Counted from the stretch's first letter, positions 41,138 through 51,813 are shown. The stretch: 64,000 bases of DNA from Candidatus Latescibacterota bacterium (GCA_965243025.1 CBDETY010000003.1:1920001-1984000); one strand, 5' to 3'. A program made the numbers and translations. Notes: generated from the sequence alone by a model not told the origin.

Positions 41138-41863
41138 ATGCTGATTCGAGAAGGGGTGGGGATTCCGGCCCGGCTGGCCCTGATCTTTGGGGTTCTCGCC
41201 TCTCCGCTTTTCTCCGAGACCTGGATGGGCCTCGAAGTCGAGCCCGAAAACCGATGTTCCCCCTACAACCGTGATCGGGACTACCGGTATTCTCAATCTC
41301 TGGAGCCGGCCATAGCCGCTCGAATGGGAGGCATCCGATGCCGGTACACCGGCAGGACCTACCGAAGCCTCCGGCAGACCGACATCGAGCACGTGGTCGC
41401 TGTGAGCGAGGCGCATGACTCCGGTCTGTGCGCGGCGGATGCGGCCACCAAACGCCGATTCGCCAACGACCTGCTCAACCTCACCCTGTCGGACCCGGCG
41501 GTTAACCGCTACCAGAAGAGCGGGAAGGATGCGGGAGAGTGGATGCCCCGGATCGACCCCCGAGGGTTTGCGGAGACCGTCATCAAGGTGAAGCGGAAGT
41601 ACGGCCTGAGCATTGACCGGAGGGAGCGGAAGGCACTTGAGATGGCCCTGGCCGGCGACACCCTCACTGTCCTGACCGATTCCCTGGAAGTCCAGGTGGA
41701 CCCTCTACGGGAGGAAAGCCCCCTCGATCTGTGGGACGACAACGGAAACGGGTGGATTACGTGTGCGGAGGCCAGAAGGCACGGGATTGCCCCGGTGCCC
41801 CGAAATCATCCGGCCTACATCTACATGCGCGATGGGGATGGAGACGGTTGGGTCTGTGAGTGA
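41138..41863 (+). CDS. Secreted DUF1524-type HNH nuclease with C-terminal Excalibur Ca-binding domain
   Basis: DIEHVVAVSEAHDSG, FANDLLNL...VNR.QKS.KD..EWMP; TCAEAR...YMRDGDGDGWVCE. Confidence 0.85.
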   Translation: MLIREGVGIPARLALIFGVLASPLFSETWMGLEVEPENRCSPYNRDRDYRYSQSLEPAIAARMGGIRCRYTGRTYRSLRQTDIEHVVAVSEAHDSGLCAADAATKRRFANDLLNLTLSDPAVNRYQKSGKDAGEWMPRIDPRGFAETVIKVKRKYGLSIDRRERKALEMALAGDTLTVLTDSLEVQVDPLREESPLDLWDDNGNGWITCAEARRHGIAPVPRNHPAYIYMRDGDGDGWVCE

Positions 41864-42058
41864 AACAGAAGCCCGCCGGTCCTGGTGAGGTTTGAGAACA
41901 GTGGCAGAGGGAACCGAAAGGCGGGTCTGGACGAAATCGGCAAAATGCGGGAGGGCTCTTTCCGGCTCAAGAGACTACGCTCGGGAGACATAGTTCAATA
42001 GACGGACAAGAGGCTCCAGCCAAGTGCCTCCCAACCTGCTCGATCCCCCCTGCTCAAA

Positions 42059-42211
42059 TTACCCGTCATCGTCGGCAGTTCTCTTTTCCTCTTCGGGATC
42101 TTCCTTCTCGCTGCACGGGATGCATATGTACTCGCCGGGAGCGGGCTTATAGAACAGGTGCCAGGGCCTGATTTCCTGGCCGCATACGCAGCAGACCGGC
42201 TTGAAAACCAT
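42059..42211 (-). CDS. Small Zn-finger protein
   Basis: MVFKPVCCVCGQEI...YICIPCSE; starts immediately after the upstream stop; not in ORF track. Confidence 0.55.
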   Translation of the reverse strand: MVFKPVCCVCGQEIRPWHLFYKPAPGEYICIPCSEKEDPEEEKRTADDDG

Positions 42212-42433
42212 TTACTCCCTCGTGTCCCCGATTCTGCCCTCCTCGTCCACGAAGATCCGGAAGGGCGAGGCCACCATTTTTCGGGAGGACTTGGTAAGGC
42301 CGTGCACGCACTCGATGCAGACATCGAACTTCCTCCCCTCGGCCATCCTGCTGGCCGTTCCGACCTTGAGCTGACCGCGCAAGTCGTCTTCGGATACGAC
42401 CTCGTTGCAGATATCACAAATGGTGGTTGCCAT
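42212..42433 (-). CDS. Small Zn-finger protein (phage-like)
   Basis: CDIC...DVCIEC. Confidence 0.65.
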   Translation of the reverse strand: MATTICDICNEVVSEDDLRGQLKVGTASRMAEGRKFDVCIECVHGLTKSSRKMVASPFRIFVDEEGRIGDTRE

Positions 42434-42659
42434 GTTCCTTTTCCTTTCCTGGTGGATTGAATGCCTTGTAGGACAGGATCAAGCCTTTTTCCTGGTGGTG
42501 GATGATCGCTCCCATGAGCCGGAGATACCTTTCCGGCATAGTTCGCTTTCCCTTCTCCCACAGACACACTTCGGCTTCGCTGACTCCGAGGGCGATGCCC
42601 AGCTCCCATTGCTTCATGCCCAGGGCGTCTCTGGCCCTTTTCAGCTGATTTTGGGTCAT
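42414..42659 (-). CDS. XRE/Cro-like HTH regulator
   Basis: LKRARDALGMKQWELGIALGVSEAEVCLWEKGKR. Confidence 0.85.
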   Translation of the reverse strand: MTQNQLKRARDALGMKQWELGIALGVSEAEVCLWEKGKRTMPERYLRLMGAIIHHQEKGLILSYKAFNPPGKEKEHGNHHL

Positions 42660-43078
42660 TTCTAATTCCCTCCATGTTAGGTTGGTTTTCGGCGGAAATA
42701 CTGACAGAAAGGGCACAGAACGGCCTGAGACGGCCTGTCGGGCATGGTCGTTGACTCGACAGTCCGCTATGCTATTTTTTGATTGGAAGGGTGTGTCCGT
42801 CGCCGTTGCGCCGACGAGAACAGCGGGAAAGGAGTTGTTACCTGAAAGGATAACCAGCCAACTACCACAGGCCGAAAGGCAATGGGGAGGTTAAAACCTT
42901 TCCACTATGTTATACCAGTTTTTTTGCAAAAACGCGGATCTGAGTTCCAACTGGGGTTGAGAATCCGAAGGCCGGGGGGCTCGGGAGCAAGCCCAAGGAA
43001 ATCACCAATTATTCACCTTGGCTGTAGAACATAGAATGACTGCATGGTTCATCCTTCCAAGGAGAATGACTTATAGCT

Positions 43079-43893
43079 TGTCCAGTTCCGGAATGGTGGT
43101 TGACACATCAGACCTCCGTTGTCGGGGGTTTCTCAGCGGCTCCCCAGAAGAGAGTCGATGGAGTGTGGCCGCGAGTTCGGTAGCCCTGATGGGGTCGCTC
43201 GTTGTTGTAGAAGTCGAGGAACCGCTGCAGGGACGCGTCCAGTTGCTGCGGGGTGGTGAAATACCTGCGGCGGAAGGCGACGCGCCAATGCTGGTGAAGG
43301 ATCGTGCTCGAAGCCGTTCGTCCAGGGGTGGTGCGGCTTGGTGCGGGTGTGTCTGATCCCGAGATCGTGACACGCCGCATCGAAACTGCCCTTGAATTCA
43401 CTGCCTCGGTCCGTGAGGACCCGCTGGAACGGCCATCCGGCGGCCTCGTAGAACGGCAGCAGGGAGTCGACGAGGAAGCGCACGGCATGGTCGCTGGTGC
43501 AGGCGGGGATGATACGGGCCACGGCGTAGGAACAGGCCGCATCGCACGCCGTAATCTGCCAGACCTTCCCGACGCCCTTGAGGCGGCCGATGTAGAACGT
43601 GTCGAGACAGACGAGCTCTCCCGGCTCGCTGGCCTGCACATGTCGCCTTTGCCTACGAGCTCGCTGCCGGCGGCGGCGCGTACGCTCGGTGAGCAATCCG
43701 CGGCGCTCGGCGCTGTGACGCTCGAGGAGAAGGAGCCGCTCATGCCGCGTACCCAGTCCGACGCGACGCAGGGCCCGGTAGATGGTGCTCGGGAGACAGG
43801 GGACGCAACTGCTCAGCCAGCTGCAGGGCGTAAAACCCGGGACCACACGTGGGGTACAACAGGGAATGCGGTTCCTCCCTGTTGAGGACTACA
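43079..43893 (-). mobile_element. IS481 family remnant (deleted and frameshifted transposase)
   Basis: TGT...ACA ends; GELVCLDTFYIGRLKGVGKVWQ, VLTDRGSEF, PWTNG, YNNERPHQG split over two frames. Confidence 0.85.
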
Positions 43894-43897
43894 GTGA

Positions 43898-45805
43898 ATG
43901 AGCCTGAGAGACATTAAATACCAGACGGATTATCGCTCTGGTTACGAAAACATCGTTGAAGCCTTTTTCCGTCCGTCACTTCGGGAAGCAAAGCGCTATT
44001 GGCGGGCTGTTGGGTATTTTTCCAGTTCCGCCCTAGAGTCTTTCGGTTCTCCATTGGGTGAGTTCGTAAAGAATGGTGGTTCCATCCGCCTTGTCACCTC
44101 CATCGAGCTTTCATTGACGGATCTTGAGGCGATCGAGAACGGCAGGCCAAAGGAGGAAATCTGCGCCAAACGCTTATTACAAACGATTGAGAACGAATTC
44201 GCCGACGGTGTCGGCGATGGCACCGCCCGCCTTGTGCGATTACTCGAACTTGGCAGGCTGGAAATCCAAATTGCAGTTCCTAAAACCGGAACCGGGATCT
44301 ACCATGAAAAGATCGGGCTTTTCATAGACAACGGTGATTTTGTTGCCTTCACCGGTTCTTCAAATGAAAGCCGTAACGCATTCGAAAACAACAGGGAATG
44401 CATTGACGTATACCCCTCATGGGAAAGCAGCAGGCGTGCCCAACGAAAACGGGATCACTTTGAAGCCCTGTGGAGGCGTACGGATATGGGAGTAGACGTT
44501 TTCAGTTTTCCGGAGGCAGCACAAAAAAAGCTGTTTCGCATTGTCGGTGAATTGGAAGGCGGACGGCGCACTCAGGATACCGACGAAAAGGGAAATCTCT
44601 GGTTGCATCAGAGAGCTGCCATTTCCGAGTTCATGGAAAAAAAACATGGTATTCTAGAAATGGCCACCGGAACGGGCAAGACACGCACAGCCCTTTCAAT
44701 TTTGGCCCACTTGGTCAAGTCGAATGCAATCCATACGGCGATTATCGCGGCGGACGGGAATGATCTACTGGACCAGTGGTGGGGCGACCTCGCCAGCGTT
44801 CTCGCTGAGTGCTATCCCCGTTTTCGGCTATTACGTCACCACGGACCGCATTTTGATCGTGATGAATACTTGATCGATCCAGAGAACACTGTCCTATTAT
44901 GCTCCCGACCGGCGCTGCAAGGAGTCCTCAGACGACTCGGTGAGAGATCGAAAGGTGGAGCGATCCTGATCCAAGACGAGGTTCATCGTTTCGGCAGTGC
45001 CACTCATGTAGCGAAACTTGATGGGGCAGCAGATGCCATCCCCTGGCGCTTGGGCCTCAGCGCAACCCCGGATCGCCAATATGACCAAGACGGAAATGCA
45101 TTCATCAAGCGAAATATCGGTCCAGTTATCTTCCGCTACGGTCTTGAGGAAGCAATCGCCGATGGTATCCTGTGTGAATTCGACTATGTCCCGCTTGAAT
45201 GGAATCCTAGCAAGGACGACAGATTGGCCGTTCACGCTCTGATGCGCCGACGGGCGGCGAGTCAAGGTGGGGACAGCCCGATGACCGAAGAGGAATTTCG
45301 ACGCGAGGTAGCACGCGTCTATAAGATTTCAACCCAAAAGGTCCCCCTCTTCCAGCGCTTCGTAACCGAACATCCCTGGACGCTGGAACGTTGCATAGTA
45401 TTCGTCGCCGAGAAAGCCTATGGGGAGTTAGTGAGGGATCACATTCATGCAGTCACGCCTCGATTCCATACCTACTTTGACGTTGATGATTCAGCAGTCC
45501 TTCGAGAGTTCGCGACCGGTGGAATTGAATGCCTAATAACTTGCCACCGCGTTTCAGAGGGAATCGACATCCGTAGCGTAAAAACGGTAGTACTCCTATC
45601 TGCCGATCGAACAAGGTTGGAAACTATTCAGCGGATCGGACGGTGTCTACGCATAGACCACCGTAATCCAAAAAAGAGAGCTCTGGTAGTCGATTTCATT
45701 CGACGGCGCACTACGCCAGATGACGACCCAACGGCAGACGAAGACCGCAAATTGTGGCTGGAAGCCCTTGGGAAGATAAGGAGAGCTTCAAGTTGTCAAG
45801 AGTGA
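43898..45805 (+). CDS. pbeA: PT-associated PLD + SF2 helicase (PbeA-like)
   Basis: GYFSS, YHEKIG...FTGSSN (PLD), MATGTGKT, DEVH, LGLSATP, IQRIGRCLR. Confidence 0.85.
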   Translation: MSLRDIKYQTDYRSGYENIVEAFFRPSLREAKRYWRAVGYFSSSALESFGSPLGEFVKNGGSIRLVTSIELSLTDLEAIENGRPKEEICAKRLLQTIENEFADGVGDGTARLVRLLELGRLEIQIAVPKTGTGIYHEKIGLFIDNGDFVAFTGSSNESRNAFENNRECIDVYPSWESSRRAQRKRDHFEALWRRTDMGVDVFSFPEAAQKKLFRIVGELEGGRRTQDTDEKGNLWLHQRAAISEFMEKKHGILEMATGTGKTRTALSILAHLVKSNAIHTAIIAADGNDLLDQWWGDLASVLAECYPRFRLLRHHGPHFDRDEYLIDPENTVLLCSRPALQGVLRRLGERSKGGAILIQDEVHRFGSATHVAKLDGAADAIPWRLGLSATPDRQYDQDGNAFIKRNIGPVIFRYGLEEAIADGILCEFDYVPLEWNPSKDDRLAVHALMRRRAASQGGDSPMTEEEFRREVARVYKISTQKVPLFQRFVTEHPWTLERCIVFVAEKAYGELVRDHIHAVTPRFHTYFDVDDSAVLREFATGGIECLITCHRVSEGIDIRSVKTVVLLSADRTRLETIQRIGRCLRIDHRNPKKRALVVDFIRRRTTPDDDPTADEDRKLWLEALGKIRRASSCQE

Positions 45806-46029
45806 ATGAGAATGTGATTGCGGCACTAAGGCGCGCAGCGAACAATGCCAATCAGCCAAAGGAAGTCGCAGAGCGTTTTGTTTCTTGGCTGGATGCACTG
45901 GCTACGGGTAACGCGGTGATAACCGACAATAATGAGGCGATAAAGCGAATCTCGGATCTACTGGACCTCGTGCGTGTATCCTCGGAACAAACCAAGGCGG
46001 ACGATCTGAAATCGGAGGTTGGAAAATGA
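45802..46029 (+). CDS. pbeB: Small protein coupled to the CxC ATPase (PbeB-like)
   Basis: GTGA and ATGA overlaps with both neighbours; 75 aa; assigned by synteny. Confidence 0.65.
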   Translation: MNENVIAALRRAANNANQPKEVAERFVSWLDALATGNAVITDNNEAIKRISDLLDLVRVSSEQTKADDLKSEVGK

Positions 46030-48017
46030 GCGATGTTCGGTTACTGGGTTGGAATGCCAAGGGAATGCGGTGCCCCGACCACGAGGTATCGCTGATTCGA
46101 TCAGACGGAAAACACCACCAGGTCAGCTTGATCCAGATGCCGAATGGCACAGGGAAGACAACAACCCTTGAGTTGCTCCGCGCTGCATTGTCAGGCCCTG
46201 AAGCTTGGGCGGATTCAAATAGGATATCCGAATTTGCGCCCCACCGAAAGGAGGTAGGAAATGGTGAGTTCAAAGTCCGTTTATTAGTCGATGGAAGACC
46301 CTTCACAATTGAAATGTTTCTTCACTTCGACATTAGGCGTGTGGATTTTCGGACGACATGGATATCATCGGTACCCCGGTTCCAACGCCCACCCTCTCTG
46401 TTACGCGTTCTGACTCCAGAGTTCGTTCCCTTCTTTGTCTTCAACGGGGAACTGGCACACGACCTCTTAAATCCAAAAAAGACACGCGCGCGCGAAGCAC
46501 TGGAGGTCCAGTTTCAACTGACAAGTCTAAATCACCTCTCAGGGCTATTGGATAAATACTGGGAAGATAAGACCCGCAATTCAACGGCGAGAGGTGCGAA
46601 GGGGTTAACCCAAAGACGAAACAGGCTGAATGATCTGTTAAAACGAAAAACCAAACTAGTCCAGGAACAGGAAAATCGGAAAAGTAAATTGGTCGAACTA
46701 ACCGCTAGGTTCGCAAAACTCGATGAGCAATACAAAATTCGATTTGATCAGGATAATCGAGCACAAAAGGAGCGGCGGCAACTCGAAGAAAATCTAACTC
46801 GGGCGAAAGAGAATTTATCCAAGTTGGTGGCGGTAACTCTTGATCAGATTCGCCATCCTCACTACCTGTCATTCCATTTCACGGCTGGGCTTCAGGCTCT
46901 CCGACAAAATTTCGAAAAGCTAAAATTACCGGAGAATGTAGCTAAGGAATTTTTTGAAGACTTAGCGGGAGCAAATCACTGTGTTTGTGGGGAAGAAATG
47001 ACTGACACACGGAAGATGAGGGTTCTAGAACGGCGGGATTCTTACCTAGGAAAGGAGGATCAAGGCATCCTGAATGGGATAAAGGGGGCAATTAAAGATA
47101 CAGCCGGTGCAGATCCCCGAGTCTATCGGGAGCAACTTAACAGGAAGCTAAATCGCCTTAATGATGGGGTCCGAGAACGTGACCTTATTCAAGGAGAGTT
47201 AGATGTTCTTGAACGAAAAAGGCTGGATGAGGGCGATGATGAGTTAACCGCAATGAAAGCCGAACTCAATGAGTTGGAGGAGGACATTGTAACGATTAAG
47301 AATCGGCTCGCGGAGTTGGACTCGGATGATGACTATGGCCGAGGTGACAAAACTGATTCTTTAAAAGCTCTTAACAAACTGATTATGCGGGCAAGGGATT
47401 TGGTTGACGAGGCGGCGGAAACTCGGGATGTGCGTCTGAAGACGGACCTTTTGAAAAATTTAATTGAAACAGCGGTAACCGAAGCTTCTAGGACCATCGC
47501 CAGCAAACTGGTTCAGTTTACCAATGAACGTCTAGAGACCATCCTTGTACGGGCACCGCTGCGTGTTTCGGATGTAGGAGACAGCGTAGTTCTTGATGGA
47601 CAAAGTCGTGGAAGCCCAGGACAAACCTTAGCCCTCGGTTATGCTTTTCTTCTAGGACTTTTTGACGCGGGGCAAGTGAGCCTGCCCTTTGTTGTCGACA
47701 GTCCCACCGGGGCACTGGATAAAAGTGTTCGACGGGAGATCGCAGAACTCCTCCCTGGGATGTCACAACAATTGGTTGCCTTCACTACCAGTTCGGAGTA
47801 TGACCGGTTCGTACCAGTAATCGATCACGCAGTTGGTGGAGATGTTCAATACCTGACAATGTTCAGGTTGAACAAATCAACTCGTACACTTCTCAAAAAT
47901 GTCGACCCTAGGTCGGTAACCTTGACAGAGAATGGTGCTCTTGTCGGATCCAAACCATTTTTTGAAACTTTTGATAGCGAGACTTACGACGACCCGGTGC
48001 CAGAGAGAGAAGACTAA
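46026..48017 (+). CDS. pbeC: SMC/Rad50-like ABC ATPase with CxC hook (PbeC-like)
   Basis: MPNGTGKTT, FFVFNGE, CVCG, coiled coils, GSPGQ, FVVDSP. Confidence 0.82.
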   Translation: MSDVRLLGWNAKGMRCPDHEVSLIRSDGKHHQVSLIQMPNGTGKTTTLELLRAALSGPEAWADSNRISEFAPHRKEVGNGEFKVRLLVDGRPFTIEMFLHFDIRRVDFRTTWISSVPRFQRPPSLLRVLTPEFVPFFVFNGELAHDLLNPKKTRAREALEVQFQLTSLNHLSGLLDKYWEDKTRNSTARGAKGLTQRRNRLNDLLKRKTKLVQEQENRKSKLVELTARFAKLDEQYKIRFDQDNRAQKERRQLEENLTRAKENLSKLVAVTLDQIRHPHYLSFHFTAGLQALRQNFEKLKLPENVAKEFFEDLAGANHCVCGEEMTDTRKMRVLERRDSYLGKEDQGILNGIKGAIKDTAGADPRVYREQLNRKLNRLNDGVRERDLIQGELDVLERKRLDEGDDELTAMKAELNELEEDIVTIKNRLAELDSDDDYGRGDKTDSLKALNKLIMRARDLVDEAAETRDVRLKTDLLKNLIETAVTEASRTIASKLVQFTNERLETILVRAPLRVSDVGDSVVLDGQSRGSPGQTLALGYAFLLGLFDAGQVSLPFVVDSPTGALDKSVRREIAELLPGMSQQLVAFTTSSEYDRFVPVIDHAVGGDVQYLTMFRLNKSTRTLLKNVDPRSVTLTENGALVGSKPFFETFDSETYDDPVPERED

Positions 48018-48550
48018 TGAGCTTTCGCCTTCGCATTGATGCCGAAAAGTGGTTTTCCGATATCGAATCAGATCTAGAATATAGGTTTGACGCATTTTAC
48101 TTTTGCCTAATGGCAGGATTCTCGGCCGTAAGAAAAGCTCCTATGACCTCGGAGGACAAACCGGCCTTCGTAGACGATTTTCCTGGACCATACAAACTTA
48201 ATCAAAATTTACTCCTTGGTGGGCTGATAAATGCAGAACTGCGGGATCTCCTGGGTCGCAGTGTTGCCATGAGCGATAAACCCGTCGTCGAGCAAACAGT
48301 GTCTAGGCTCCTATCCGTAACTGGATCAAATACTTACCTGAGCACCGGAGTAAATGGTGGCGCGGCGTTAATGAACGAGTATTCTAGTGGTGGCTTCAAC
48401 GTTCTTTCTGAACATCTTGACAAACCACGGCGACTCGAAACGTTCCTCCGTGGCTTCTCCAATCTAATTGAAAAACTGGATGCCCAAAGGATGGAGGTGG
48501 AAACCCTTCTTGAATCCGAACCCTTAAATGAGAATGTAATAACACCTTAA
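48017..48550 (+). CDS. pbeD: PbeD-like protein
   Basis: TAATG overlap; FDAFYFCLMAG, MNEYSSGG; assigned by synteny. Confidence 0.65.
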   Translation: MSFRLRIDAEKWFSDIESDLEYRFDAFYFCLMAGFSAVRKAPMTSEDKPAFVDDFPGPYKLNQNLLLGGLINAELRDLLGRSVAMSDKPVVEQTVSRLLSVTGSNTYLSTGVNGGAALMNEYSSGGFNVLSEHLDKPRRLETFLRGFSNLIEKLDAQRMEVETLLESEPLNENVITP

Positions 48551-48621
48551 CACAGCCTCTCCATTCAAAGTTCTAACTGTTCGCCTCCCCCAAAATACAT
48601 AAAGAGGTAAAAAACAAGCCG

Positions 48622-50499
48622 ATGGACCTAGATTCCTACATTCAACCGGTGGATTATCTTGAAGCAAAGCGAAAATTGCTGGGTGAAGTCTTTTTGGTTC
48701 CTGAGCGACAATTTGTCATCCCATTGAACCAAAGGCCTTGGGCTTGGAGGGACAGCAAAGATGTCCAATCGTTTTTGAGCGATTTCTGGAACATACTTTT
48801 TGCCTTTTTTGATCCGGATTCGTCCCCCAAGTGGGAAGCAAGAAAAGGAATCCAGCGACCGCCTCATTTTTTCGGGACGTTTGTTTTTTTCCGGCCTCCG
48901 GCCCACAATAATACCCTTGAGATTTTTGATGGACAGCAAAGAATAACCGCAGTTACCATGCTGTGCAGAATTCTCAGAGAACTCGCCATGGAACAAAGCG
49001 TAAAACCTGGTGGACACCAAACCTTGGCGCTCCAGTTGTATGGTGGCTTCGACAGCTGGCTCCGTGTATCCCCTTCCTCCGCAACGCCCCGACTTAGGCC
49101 GAACATTCTTTTCCAGGGTTTATTTAATGCACTAATTCTCCAGTCTCAAAATGAGACCGAACGAAAAGCGGAGATAATGAAACTCCCAGAAATACAACGC
49201 CACCATACGATTTCCAAAAAACTAATTAGCAGTTTCAGGCACATGCGTGCCTGGATTCGAGAACGAACTGACAGCGAAACTCCCGATGACTTAACAAGCT
49301 TTTTGAGCGCTTCTCATCAAGTATTGCGTTATTTGTTTTCCTGCATCGAAACATTGATTTTTGACGAACAATACTCTTACGAGGTATTTGGATGTCTTAA
49401 TGCCCGGGGAGAAAGGTTAACACACGCCGATAACATAAAGAATGAACTATTCAAAATCGCCAATGCCGAACACCATCGGACAATTTCTGAAACTTGGAAC
49501 CGAATTGGAGAGAATGTTCCGGGGCAAGACATAGGCGAATTTCTACGACGGCGTCATATTGCACTTTTTGATACTTGCAAGAAGCAGGAGATATACAGCA
49601 AAATTAATAGAACGGAATTGTCCCAGATTTCTACGGTTGAGCTAATATCTGACTGGGAACAAGATAGCCGTACTGTACGTCGAATCCTAAATCGAGACGC
49701 AAGTCAAGCAAAGGGGAAAACCTTAGAGAGGTTGAAGTGCATTTTTGATATCCTGAACGTAGGGTTAGCTTACATCCCACTTCTTTCGGCGGCTAGGAAA
49801 TTCCTACCTACTGATAAAGACAACTTCCATAAGTGTGTTTGCTTAGTGGAAAATTTCGTGTTTCGAACCCTAACCATTGGACAAATGGACACTTCTCAAC
49901 TTGAACAAAGGCTTGGAGAAGCAGCGAGGGGTCTGGTTGATGGTTGGTCTGTGGATAAGTTTCGGGAATTTTTGGCTGACCATAACAATGATTCGACCTT
50001 TAAATCAGATTTCGAAAAACACAGTGAACGGCGTTCTGGGGTTCAGTACTATATTTTGAGTGAATTGGAAAAGTTTTCATTGGGGAGCGGAAAAGGTGTT
50101 GTTCCAGGTGATCACGAATCAGCCAAAAACCACATAGAGCACATTCTACCCAAAAGGCTCTCGCAGGATAAAGGAAGGCAAGGTGAATGGGGTTGGGCTA
50201 GGGCTAATATGAACCAACACCGCAATCTAACTAATCGAATCGGAAATCTCCTCATTCTCGAAAGCGACATTAATAAATCGGTTGGAAACCATGTTTTCTC
50301 AGTCAAACAAACGGGAGAATTTAAGAAGAAAAGAAGTGGGGAGATAAAGCAGATTAAGTGCTACCGAGACTCATCCCTACCTTGGGCAAAGAGACTGCAC
50401 AACAGGCAAGCTTGGCGGCAATGGACGGAAACCCAGATTCAGAAAAGACAGGTAATGATGGCTAACGATGCTGTCAAAGTTTGGAACATTCAAGCCTGA
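48622..50499 (+). CDS. DUF262 + DUF1524 (GmrSD/SspE-like) NTPase-HNH nuclease
   Basis: IPLNQRPWAW, IFDGQQRIT, LNARG, IEHILP...IGNLLILESDIN. Confidence 0.9.
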   Translation: MDLDSYIQPVDYLEAKRKLLGEVFLVPERQFVIPLNQRPWAWRDSKDVQSFLSDFWNILFAFFDPDSSPKWEARKGIQRPPHFFGTFVFFRPPAHNNTLEIFDGQQRITAVTMLCRILRELAMEQSVKPGGHQTLALQLYGGFDSWLRVSPSSATPRLRPNILFQGLFNALILQSQNETERKAEIMKLPEIQRHHTISKKLISSFRHMRAWIRERTDSETPDDLTSFLSASHQVLRYLFSCIETLIFDEQYSYEVFGCLNARGERLTHADNIKNELFKIANAEHHRTISETWNRIGENVPGQDIGEFLRRRHIALFDTCKKQEIYSKINRTELSQISTVELISDWEQDSRTVRRILNRDASQAKGKTLERLKCIFDILNVGLAYIPLLSAARKFLPTDKDNFHKCVCLVENFVFRTLTIGQMDTSQLEQRLGEAARGLVDGWSVDKFREFLADHNNDSTFKSDFEKHSERRSGVQYYILSELEKFSLGSGKGVVPGDHESAKNHIEHILPKRLSQDKGRQGEWGWARANMNQHRNLTNRIGNLLILESDINKSVGNHVFSVKQTGEFKKKRSGEIKQIKCYRDSSLPWAKRLHNRQAWRQWTETQIQKRQVMMANDAVKVWNIQA

Positions 50500-50612
50500 A
50501 TCGCCATTGTCGAAAATCCCTCCTTTTTCCCGTTTCCGGGGTTTTTTCTAAGGCTTCGGGAGGCTCCTTAGTGCCTGAAAAAAATACAGCCCCATTACTT
50601 TGTTTTCGAAAA

Positions 50613-51782
50613 TTAACGCAACCCACTAATTTGCTTTGCTATTTCTTCCCAATCTACATTCCGGGTCAGATGGCACCACGACAGGCGGACCGCCCCTTCG
50701 ATGGCTGCGTCCGGCAGTTTCATCGCCCGAAGGACATGGCTTGGCTCGTAGGTTTGGGACGTGCAAGCTGATCCATTCGAAATGGCCGCAATGTCTTTCA
50801 GCGCAACCATAAGGGCTTCCGAATCAATTCCCTCCACAGAAAAGTTCAAGACATGGGGCAACGTTTGCCTGGGATCACCATGTAGGCGGATTCCCAGAGG
50901 GTTCAACGCATTTAAAGCTTGCTCCCGGAGCTCAAGACAACGAACTCGCCGGTTTTCGTGATTTTTCAGGGCCATTTCGGCCGCCAGACCAAACCCCACA
51001 ATCAAGGGAACAGGTAATGTGCCCGGTCGTAGCCCCCGTTCCTGACCCCCGCCGTAGGCTAAAGGCGCCATCGGTGGACGCCTGAACCCGCGCCTACGTG
51101 CGATCAACGCACCGATTCCAAGGGGCCCGTAGACTTTGTGCGAACTCACGCTGATGAGGTCGATTCTGGGGTATTGGAGCGGCAGCAGCTCCTTGCCGAA
51201 TCCCTGAGCTGCATCGACATGAAAAAACGCTTCGTAGCCCGAAAGGGAATCTGCGATTGCACCAATCGGCTGTCTCACCCCGGTTTCATTGTTTACCTGC
51301 ATTACCGAGACGAGGAGCGTGTCTGGCCTCAGTGAGGCAACGATTTCCTCGACCGCTACGGCACCCGAGGTCTGCGGCTCGATTAAGGTGACCGAGAATC
51401 CCCGCCTTTCCAGTACTTCAAGTGGCTCGAGAACGGCCTTGTGCTCGATCGCAGTCGAGACGACGTGCCGACGCCCTTCTGCTTCTCCCCAAGCAGCGAG
51501 TCCGAGAATGGCAAGGTTGTTACTTTCTGTGGCGCCGCTCGTGAAGACAACCTCGTCGGACTTACTTCCCACGGACGAGGCGATTTTCTCACGGGCCTGC
51601 TGCACTGCGTGCTTCGCCCGAGTTCCGTATTCGTGGGTTCGACTGCCGGCATTGCCGATCTCCTCCGTCAACCAATAGGAAACAGCCTCGAGAACCGCTG
51701 GTTCAAGTGGGGATGTCGCATTGCAGTCCAGATATACAGGCCCAGCGCGATGTTCGGATCTATATACGAACGTCCGTTTCAT
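50613..51782 (-). CDS. dndA: Cysteine desulfurase DndA
   Basis: YLDCNAT, SSHK, SNGSACTSQTYEPSHVL; divergent from dndB. Confidence 0.9.
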   Translation of the reverse strand: MKRTFVYRSEHRAGPVYLDCNATSPLEPAVLEAVSYWLTEEIGNAGSRTHEYGTRAKHAVQQAREKIASSVGSKSDEVVFTSGATESNNLAILGLAAWGEAEGRRHVVSTAIEHKAVLEPLEVLERRGFSVTLIEPQTSGAVAVEEIVASLRPDTLLVSVMQVNNETGVRQPIGAIADSLSGYEAFFHVDAAQGFGKELLPLQYPRIDLISVSSHKVYGPLGIGALIARRRGFRRPPMAPLAYGGGQERGLRPGTLPVPLIVGFGLAAEMALKNHENRRVRCLELREQALNALNPLGIRLHGDPRQTLPHVLNFSVEGIDSEALMVALKDIAAISNGSACTSQTYEPSHVLRAMKLPDAAIEGAVRLSWCHLTRNVDWEEIAKQISGLR

Positions 51783-51784
51783 TA

Positions 51785-51813
51785 TTGACAAACATTCTCG
51801 AAATGGTTAGTAT
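51785..51813 (+). promoter_or_regulatory. Sigma70 promoter of dndBCDE
   Basis: TTGACA-17-TAGTAT, 36 bp upstream of dndB. Confidence 0.7.

Noticed and set aside
36084-43022. 11-bp direct repeat TTCACCTTGGC at 36084 and 43012 as att sites or target duplication
   Set aside because: The position is suggestive, but hundreds of chance 11-mer pairs are expected in 64 kb, no integrase is present and IS1595 duplications are typically 8 bp
43898-50499. dndFGH restriction module or Ssp modification genes
   Set aside because: Domain content and gene sizes fit pbeABCD plus a DUF262-DUF1524 gene; no DndFGH or SspBCD features recognised
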